Source: Priapulus caudatus (lineage: Eukaryota). Taken from it: DNA of 64,000 bases. Under the pieces are notes generated by a model, which ran no database searches, had not been told where the DNA came from, and worked only from the letters and a program-made list of their open reading frames with translations. Shown piece after piece: positions 54,598-64,000 of the stretch. Each line of letters opens with the position of its first letter. Position 1 is the first letter of the stretch. Made by a program: the position numbers and the translations under genes. Location: the NCBI RefSeq assembly GCF_000485595.1, contig NW_014577072.1, forward strand, positions 878,381-942,380, in the 5' to 3' direction.

Positions 54598-55961
54598 TCA
54601 CTCGCGGAGCGAACAGCTCCTTCTGCGCTCTCAGGTACGTCGACAGAACCTCGACGGCGTCGGGTCGCTTGCGCGGGTCGCGTAGCTTACAGCGGCCGTG
54701 CGAGCGTGTCTAGGTACCGGCGACGCGCTCGCTGCGAGCGTCCATGATCTCGTTCGTCTCCGGTTTCGGCTGAGATACAGCAGACACACGTCAGGCATCT
54801 TCCACACGTCCGCCTTGAATGCAGCTGCTTCAGCTCGTCGGCGCATGCGCGCTGCTGCAGACGACGACATGCGTGCACTTCTTTCGCGACATCTTCTTCG
54901 TCTCCGGCGAACACGAAGCGCCAGTCCTTCGCGAACCAGACGGGACACGGCGAGCTCGCCTCCTGAAGTGGTCGACGTCGGCGGCGACGAGCCGGAAGTC
55001 GTCGGTGAGCAGGTACTGCGAGCTGAGCTTCGATAGGTTATTCGTGTCGCACATGATGCGGCCCTCTCCGTGCATGAAGGCGACGATCTGTGCGTAGTCA
55101 CGCACAACTGCAGACGCAACGCCGTGCGCCGAATTACTGTGTACGAGGTTCGATTCCCAAAGCGCCTCCTCGAGCATCCACGAGTTCTTGAGCGGGTAGT
55201 ATTCCATGACGATCAGGCATTTTTGTTCGCAGTAACCGACACAGCGCGCGCAAGAGAGGGTTTGGTTGGAAGAGCAGGTAGTTTGCGAGATATTAAAAAA
55301 ATGGTTCTTGAAAGTCGTCTGAAAACGAAGGTAGGCTATCGTCTGGTTCTCCAGCGTCCCATAAGCACCTGAAATTAGTAGGAGAAAATGTTCGACATCG
55401 ATGTATAGGGAGCAATTTTTGTATAATTGCAATGACGCCTATTACAAGATGTTTACGCTAATTCAGTGTAAAAGTGTCTAATCTACTAGGAACTCACGTA
55501 CAAATGTCAATCTCGGACCACGATTGCAAGCATATCAACAGCAGATTACTGCAACCGTATATTATAGAAAGCTTACGTGTTCATTCCGCCTTTCTTGAGA
55601 TAACCGTGATCCGTATCTGACTGATCTCGTCACGTCCAGCCATGGTCTGCAGGCGCTCATCCCCGCAAGGCGAAGTATCCATGCTCACAGCTAGGGAAGC
55701 ACGTGTTTTGATTTTGCGTGCTGTTGGTCGCTTCCAAGACAAGTTGTTCCTGTATCTATAAAAAGTGATAATTATAATATTGATATGAATACTACATTAA
55801 TTGTCATTTGTCATTTCTACATATTGTCATTATTAACCTCTGATTATATCAGAGCGTATTAACCTTCTTAATATTATGCTTTTGATTATATATATATATA
55901 TATAATGCATATAATACACCTCACACACACACACACACACACAACACACACACACACACAC

Positions 55962-55998
<37 letters not shown>

Positions 55999-56427
55999 TA
56001 TTGATAGATGCATGTAAAAGTGTGGTGCTTACGATTTCCGGAAACTCCATGTTGACTTCGGAAGGGGCGTCGTGCGAACATCGTCGAGAACGTTGAAGAG
56101 TCGATTGTGTAGAATGCCAGAGAGTAGATAGATGATTCCTGTATGTTAACATGTGATAATTTCAATAAATACAAAACACTGACAATGAAACTGCTTTAAT
56201 TTAAGTGCGTTAACCTTTCGCAAACTTTAAAATACATATAACGAAAGGCATGCATACCAATGGCGAATATTAGCGTAAATATTAGGCTTGTGCATATTTC
56301 ATCTACCACACAGATGTGTTATCGCACAAGAAACAAACACCACCTGTAGTTACTTACCTGAAGCAAGAAGCCCGTACGGAATGTACATCCGACACATGCG
56401 TACCGACACCACCGTCGCCAACATCAT
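54598..56427 (-). pseudogene. POMK: Frameshifted near-identical duplicate of the POMK-like gene (pseudogene or, more likely, low-accuracy long-read copy)
   Basis: Same four exons and introns as 61579-63409 (ATG at 56427), but many single-base indels break the frame. The ORF track shows only fragments (54830-55432, 54631-55119). Confidence 0.75.
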
Positions 56428-57739
56428 TTCGTGTCTGGATGCGCGTTACTGCTTTAAGCACGTAGCAGTCTAATACTCACTAACATCCACATAGAACGGC
56501 TTATACCTATCGGCCGTCAACTGATCAAGCCACCACATCCATGACCGACCTACGCCAATCCTGGGCAGCTGCGCTTACATTGTTAATGCCATTTGTTTAG
56601 GAATATAGGCGTGACCGGCTTAGGAACCATTTACGTCGACGGGATACCAGTAAACTAAGCGGCGTTACCACTTACAGAGGTGGCGCTGATATTCCTAAAC
56701 AAACACTGAACGAGTTTACGAGTACGTAGCGATACGAAGCGTTGTCATATCTCGCTCTTCCTCGCTCCACTCTCTTTTTCTCTCTCCCTTCCATTTTCTC
56801 ATCTTATATCTATATCTATATCTATATCTATACTATATCTATATCTATATCTATATCTATATCTATATCTATATCTATATCTATATTATATCTATATCTA
56901 TATCTATATCTATATCTATATCTATACTTATATCTATATCTATATCTATATCGATGTCTTATCTATATCTATATCTATATCTATATCTTATATAGATAGT
57001 CTATCTATATTATTTCTATATCTATATCTATATCTATATCTATATCTATATCTATATCTATATCTATATCTATTATCTATATCTATATCTATATCTATAT
57101 CCATATCTATATCTATATCTATATCTATATTATATCTATATCTATATGCGATCAGAATGTAGTCTTGCTTTATTATATCATTAATTTAGATAACAGTGAG
57201 TTCTGGTGGCCATCAACAATCAACAATTAACTTTACTCACGGGATCGTGGCATACATAAAGAAAAAACGGACCGTTGTGACGTTACGGCTGGACTCATAT
57301 TACAGGAATGATTTTCCGTAGGTGTTCCGCTTGTGATTAGCAGGTATAGCAGTTTGCGCAATTACTCATATCATACATATGCTATATACATATATAATAA
57401 TTTCACGATTTTTTAATGAAGACATCCGAAATGAATCTGATTATCACTTCGATGTCGGCATTCTAAAAGTAACACTGGCTAAAAAAAAGAACCATGGCGT
57501 TACTATCGCATGCTGTGTTATAGATGGGCCAGCGGCTGTCCTTAGAGACACATGCACTGGTCGCTTCCTTACCACAGCGGAAAACGCGACCTCGCTAGTA
57601 CCGTAAGCGATGAATTATATACTGTCACAAATAATCAGTGGAACCAAAAAGTGACTACTGTGACAAGTGATCTAGTATAAACAGGCTACGCAACAACACG
57701 AGGAAGGCAGCTGAGTAAAGTTATAACGCGTTATAACGC

Positions 57740-57776
<37 letters not shown>

Positions 57777-58201
57777 ACAACACATAAACCACACACACCA
57801 CACACACAGCNNNNNNNNNNNNNNNNNNNNNNNNNNNNNNNNNNNNNNNNNNNNNNNNNNNNNNNNNNNNNNNNNNNNNNNNNNNNNNNNNNNNNNNNNN
57901 NNNNNNNNNNNNNNNNNNNNNNNNNNNNNNNNNNNNNNNNNNNNNNNNNNNNNNNNNNNNNNNNNNNNNNNNNNNNNNNNNNNNNNNNNNNNNNNNNNNN
58001 NNNNNNNNNNNNNNNNNNNNNNNNNNNNNNNNNNNNNNNNNNNNNNNNNNNNNNNNNNNNNNNNNNNNNNNNNNNNNNNNNNNNNNNNNNNNNNNNNNNN
58101 NNNNNNNNNNNNNNNNNNGTGTGTGTGTGTGTGTGTGTGTGTGTTGTGTGTGTGTGTGTGTGGGTGTGTATGTGTGTGTGTGTATGTGTGTGTGTGTTGT
58201 G

Positions 58202-58251
<50 letters not shown>

Positions 58252-58297
58252 GTGATTGCGCGTGTGTGTGTATGTGTGTGTCTATGTGTGTGTGTGT

Positions 58298-58355
<58 letters not shown>

Positions 58356-58367
58356 GTGTGTTTGTGT

Positions 58368-58429
<62 letters not shown>

Positions 58430-58835
58430 GTGTGTGTGTGTGGGAGAGGGTGTGGCTGTGTGTGGTGTGTGTGCGTGTGTGTATGTGTGTGTGTATGTGT
58501 GTGGGTGGGGAGAAGGTTTGGGTGTGTGAACCATCGTTTGTTTGTGTGTCAGGTTGATTATGAAGGCCGTCCTGGAACGTTTAATGATCGTCACCATATG
58601 TGCTGTGTACCATATACACCATACACACATATATGTGCTGATTACTCGTATTACTACTAGCTTGACGTAGGATGCTTTATCACGGGGCAGTATATACGTA
58701 TAGCATATCAAGCATATATGTAAAGTATAGTCACAGCACTGACAGTGATTATATCAGTATGGTTATAATGTGATTATTAATATTACACTAAAACAGATAG
58801 CATAACGTCTATATAGAACTGACACACGCACACGC

Positions 58836-58868
<33 letters not shown>

Positions 58869-59074
58869 GATTTATATATATGCTGTGGCACATTGCCTAC
58901 ATTCAAATATGTTTACATAGCAGCACGCGCATGGTTTAGTTGTTGATTCATTGCATTGCTCTCACAACACACACACACACACACACACAACACACACACA
59001 CACACACACAACAACCACACACACACACACAACACACACACACACACACACAAGCCTGCGCGCGCGCGCACACA

Positions 59075-59262
59075 AAAACCTACCTATTTTAATCGGGCTT
59101 AAAATCTATTTTAATCACGATTAAAAACCACTGTTCTGATTGGCTGGAATTCAATCGCGCTTAAAATACATTTAAAGCGCAATTAAAAACCACTGTTCTG
59201 ATTGGCTGGAATTCAATCGCGCTTAAAATACATTTTAAGCGCGATTAAAATAGGTAGGTTTT
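59075..59262. repeat. Palindromic MITE-like element with an internal ~62-bp tandem duplication
   Basis: aaaacctacctattttaatcg / cgattaaaataggtaggtttt inverted ends enclosing two copies of ttaaaaaccactgttctgattggctggaattcaatcgcgcttaaaatacattt. Confidence 0.6.
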
Positions 59263-59714
59263 GGCGGTAATGACCTTCCATACTTGCGCGCCCGTTCAGG
59301 CTAAATTGCCTTGACACGAACATAAAACGCATGGCCGCTATGCAGCTATATATATAACAGTGATTCTTTTCAGCCTCTACCAAACTATCTCGGATATTTT
59401 GCGTTCTGTCTCACCTTTACAATAAACGGTCTTCAATAACATGTAATTTTGACATTTAATCGTGTGCGCTTTAGACGGAGAGGTTACTGTGGGCTGTACT
59501 ATAATGTGAGAGTGAGATGGTCCATGTACTGCGACAGAGCGTTAACTTATCTTTTATAAGTCAAATGTCCTCGACTGAAATATAAAACCACTTGTTTGCA
59601 GACAAGAGTGATGATCTCAGACCAAGCTTGTAACGGCCGCGTTTTAAGAATCTCCATTAAGCATATACACATCAAGGAGTGAGCTCTAACGTATAAGAAT
59701 TAGTCATGCAGCAT

Positions 59715-60089
59715 AACTAACTACGTTACAATGACCTAGATCTATATTTAGAGCTCTGTGTAATTAAATATATCATGTCAGCTGTCACAAACCACCATGA
59801 TCATTACGTGACAGAATGTGTCAATGTATTACACTTCTGATGCTGGCTGATTACTTGACTATACTGGCACCATTAACACAGTATACATCTTTTAATAACC
59901 TAACAGAACTCATTATTAGTAATCGATGATTTTACTGTGTCATCTAAACACAAACTGACTGCATGCGGGTAATAACCAAGTCTACTAAGTATGTTTATCC
60001 CGTAACGTATATAAAGGATTAAACGCGCGTACACTGTTACCAGTCAAACGTTCGAATTGACAACGCGTGGATCCCACTCTGCTGTTTAG
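59715..60089 (+). promoter_or_regulatory. Promoter and non-coding exon 1 of SUEL lectin gene copy 3
   Basis: TATATAAA at 60008-60015, Inr-like CAGT at ~60041 and donor gctgtttag|GTAAGT at 60090. Shares motifs with copies 1 and 2. Confidence 0.7.
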
Positions 60090-60617
60090 GTAAGTAACTA
60101 ACTTACTAACTTACTCTCTAACTTTAGGTAAGTAACTGTTTAGGTAAGCACTATAGACTCTGAAAGTACGCTCATATTTAAAAGGTATTGTCCTTAAATT
60201 GTTTGAAGTAAAATTAACCTTAGCTCAAAACAAAATTAACGTAGAAATACGTGTGGTATGTCATAGTAGTAGCTCTTCACCACGTGACATTATCTGTTAG
60301 CATCATATCATATGATGATTGATTGATTAAAATATCGATATGTTTTGCGTCGCAATCAGATATTTACTTTAGCATAATTACCCGACTGTTAATGTGATGA
60401 AAATCTCATAATGACGTGCAACGTTTATTGTGACAATTTAAATAGTGACATTGTTAGTTTAAATTATAATTTACAGTTGTTATTACATTAACTTTAGTTG
60501 TGCTACAATTAAGTATATATATATATATATAGTGTTGCAAACGTTATGATTAATTCATAAAAATTCAATAAAATTCTATTTGTTTTTTTTATAGGTCTGC
60601 TGAAATACGTCATCGAA

Positions 60618-61325
60618 ATGGTGAAAAATTCAAGTGTTTTGTTCCTGCTCCTCGTAAGTTCATTAATCAAGTAAATATTGTAGCTTTATTTTGTTTTCAT
60701 GGGGTCATATTGCTATAGCATTACATTTTGGTAAGCATTACTAGTCTACATGCACTCTGTCTCTAAGTTTCAGCTATTGATTTTGCAAAATGTATTGTGC
60801 TATAGACTCTGTAACATGTGTCTTATCTGTGTCATGGACAAACGGACTCTAATTGGAAATCTATGTTAGTATCTACAATCGTCCTAATCTTTTCATCCCT
60901 ATTATTTTCTCCATAGGTTGGCACTGCAATCGTCGCCTGTATAGGTGAATCATAATTCATATTACTTATTATAACTATTATAATATTATACTACTTATTA
61001 TTTACACAGGACAGATACAAAAACACAAATCGTTGTAAATATATGCATGTATAATCCATGAAGATATTACATTTTCTTTGTCTATCCGCCCGCCTATCCA
61101 TCAGTGTGCCGTTCTTATTTTAGTACCTGCGCTAATAATCATATATGTCTAGTAATAACATGTGTAATTATTGCAAAATTTTCTTCTAGCTGCAAAACAG
61201 ACAGATATTTGTGAGAATGAGACAGGACGTCTGAGATGCAGAGGCAGTGAGACCATCCGTATCAAGAACGCGTGGTACGGTTCTACAAGAAATAGCAACT
61301 GCAGAGGTGACACTGAAAGATGCAA
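60618..61325 (+). CDS. SUEL/rhamnose-binding lectin gene copy 3, 5' part (exons 60618-60653, 60917-60944, 61190-61325); 3' exons absent
   Basis: Splices to MVKNSSVLFLLLVGTAIVACIAAKQTDICENETGRLRCRGSETIRIKNAWYGSTRNSNCRGDTERC, a signal peptide plus the N-terminal half of a SUEL domain. The 28-nt and 136-nt exon sizes and phases are identical to copy 2. Confidence 0.88.
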
Positions 61326-61578
61326 GTAAGTTTTTGTCATATGTGCATTGATATTGTGACGGGTACGAGCCTTGCAGTGTTTGCCTGGGATTACACGCAC
61401 CCTCGCATACACGCATACCCACGCCGATAGACAGACAGTCCGACAGACAGACAGACAGACAAATTTCGTATTTATTTAGCATTATATTTTATTGAAACGC
61501 TCCAAGTGCCTGTATGGAGACCCGTCTGCGCAGTAGACGCGCCGCAGCCGATCTCTGCACGTTCTTTACGGGATTCAT

Positions 61579-62907
61579 TTACTCGGGAGCGAACAGCTCC
61601 TTCTGCGCTCTCAGGTACGTCGACAGAACCTCGACGGCGTCGGGTCGCTTGCGCGGGTCGCGTAGCTTACAGCGGCCGTGCAGCGTGTCTAGGTACCCGG
61701 CGACGCGCTCGCTGCGAGCGTCCATGATCTCGTTCGTCTCCGGGTTTCGGCTGAGATACAGCAGACACACGTCAGGCATCTTCCACACGTCCGCCTTGAA
61801 CTGCAGCTGCTTCAGCTCGTCAGCGCATGCGCGCTGCTGCAGACCGACGACATGCGTGCACTTCTTTCGCGACATCTTCTTCGTCTCCGGCGACACGAAG
61901 CGCCAGTCCTTCGCGAACCAGACCGGACACGGCGAGCTCGCCTCCTGAAGGTGGTCGACGTCGGCGGCGACGAGCCGGAAGTCGTCGGTGAGCAGGTACT
62001 GCGAGCTGAGCTTCGATAGGTTATTCGTGTCGCACATGATGCGGCCCTCTCCGTGCATGAAGGCGACGATCTGTGCGTAGTCCACGCACAACTGCAGACG
62101 CAACGCCGTCGCCGAATTACTGTGTACGAGGTTCGATTCCCAAAGCGCCTCCTCGAGCATCCACGAGTTCTTGAGCGGGTAGTATTCCATGACGATCAGG
62201 CATTTTTGTTCGCAGTAACCGACCACGCGCGCAAAGAGAGGGTTCGGCTGGAAGAGCAGGTAGTTTGCGAGATATTTCGAAAAATGGTTCTTGAAAGTCG
62301 TCTGAAAACGAAGGTAGGCTATCGTCTGGTTCTCCCAGCGTCCCATAAGCACCTGAAATTAGTAGGAGAAAATGTTCGACATCCATGTATAGGGAGCAAT
62401 TTTTGTATAATTGCAATGACGCCTATTACAAGATGTTTACGCTAATTCAGTGTAAAAGTGTCTAATCTACTAGGAACTCACGTACAAATGTCAATCTCGA
62501 CCACGATTGCAAGCATATCAACAGCAGATTACTGCAACCGTATATTATAGAAAGCTTACGTGTTTCATTCCGCCTTTCTTGAGATAACCCGTGATCCGTA
62601 TCTGACTGATCTCGTCACAGTCCAGCCATGGTCTGCAGGCGCTCATCCCCGGCAAGGCGAAGTATCCATGCTCACAGCTAGGGAAGCACGTGGTTTGATT
62701 TTGCGTGCTGTTGGTCGTTCCAAGACAAGTTGTTCCTGTTACTATAAAAAGTGATAATTATAATATGATATGAATACTACATTAATTGTCATTTGTCATT
62801 TCTACATATTGTCATTATTAACCTCTGATTATATCAAGAGCGTATTAACCTTCTTAATAATTATGCTTTTGATTATATATATATATATAATATGCATATA
62901 ATACACA

Positions 62908-62940
<33 letters not shown>

Positions 62941-62948
62941 CACACACA

Positions 62949-62979
<31 letters not shown>

Positions 62980-63409
62980 CACATTATTGATAGATGCATG
63001 TAAAAGTGTGGTGCTTACGATTTCCGGAAACTCCATGTTGACTTCGGAAGGGGCGTCGTGCGAACATCGTCGAGAACGTTGAAGAGTCGATTGTGTAGAA
63101 TGCAGAGAGTAGATAGATGATTCCTGTATGTTAACATGTGATAAATTTCATAAATAACAAACACGCAATGAAAACTGCTTTAATTTAAGTGCGTTAACCT
63201 TTCGCAAACTTTAAAATACATATAACGAAAGGCATGCATACCAATGGCGAATATTAGCGTAAATATTAGCTTGGTGCATATTTCATCTACCACACAGATG
63301 TGTTATCGCACAAGAAACAAACCACCTGTAGTTACTTACCTGAAGCAAGAAGCCCGTACGGAATGTACATCCGACACATGCGTACCGACACCACCGTCGC
63401 CAACATCAT
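61579..63409 (-). CDS. POMK: Protein O-mannose kinase (POMK/SGK196)-like, intact 4-exon copy, 376 aa (exons 63409-63340, 63123-63019, 62741-62560, 62352-61579)
   Basis: Exons of 70+105+182+774 nt splice in frame with GT-AG sites. N-terminal type II anchor (YIPYGLLASGIIYLLSAFY), then CEHGYFALPGMSACRPWLDCDEI (cf. POMK CPYGHF..MKNCSPWLSCEE). POMK-specific kinase motifs follow: GYC, EYYPL, RLQLCVDY, RIMCDTNNLSKLSSQYLLTDDF, DVD, KADVWKMPD, HGRCK..DPRKRP. Confidence 0.9.
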
Positions 63410-64000
63410 TTCGTGTCTGGATGCGCGTTACTGCTTTAAGCACGTAGCAGTCTAATACTCCACTAACCATCCAATAGAACGGCTATACCTATCGCCGTCA
63501 ACTGATCAAGCCACCCACATCCATGACCGACCTACGCCAATACCTGGGCAGCTGCGCTTACATTGTTAATGCCATTTGTTTAGGAATATAGGCGTGACCG
63601 GTTAGGAACCATTTACGTCGACGGGATACCAGGTTAACCTAAGCGGCGTTACCACTTACAGAGGTGGCGCTGATATTCCTAAACAAACACTGAACGAGTT
63701 ACGAGTACGTAGCGATACGAAAGACGTTGTCTATCTCGCTCTTCCTCGCTCCACTCTCTTTTCTCTCTCCCTTCCCATTTTCTCCTTTATATCTATATCT
63801 ATATTCTATATCTATACTCTATATTCTATATCTATATCTATATCGATATCTCATATCTAATATCTATATCTATATCTATATCTATATCTATATCTATATC
63901 TATATCTATATCTATATCTATATCTATATCTATATCTAATATCTATTCTATATCTATATCTATATCTATATCTATATCTATATCTATCTATATCTATATT

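Overview
AT-rich, microsatellite-laden invertebrate animal genomic DNA from a draft scaffold with six N-gaps and long-read-type artefacts. The neuropeptide family suggests an ecdysozoan, but the taxon is inferred, not shown. There are no prokaryotic features, CRISPR arrays, rRNAs or convincing tRNAs. Genes reconstructed by hand: (1) a two-exon NPLP1/HIGSLYRamide-like neuropeptide precursor on +, with a signal-peptide exon at 15803-15862 behind a TATA/CRE-like promoter, a ~23.7 kb intron, and a large exon at 39543-41148 encoding 14 [HNT][LI][GA][SA][LI]A[RK] peptides, whose real C-terminus is hidden by a 79-bp frameshifting duplication; (2) three paralogous secreted single-domain SUEL/rhamnose-binding-lectin genes on +, all missed by the ORF track, with a CRGDT loop in the two copies where it is visible and shared promoter footprints (AGGTTA-N3-TGACCT, TGCGGGTAA); (3) a four-exon protein O-mannose kinase (POMK)-like gene on -, present as an intact copy (61579-63409) and an indel-ridden duplicate (~54598-56427). 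The neuropeptide intron holds a 956-bp TTAA-flanked Kolobok-type element carrying a P2X7-ballast-like/KolX fragment. Several MITEs and simple repeats are also present.
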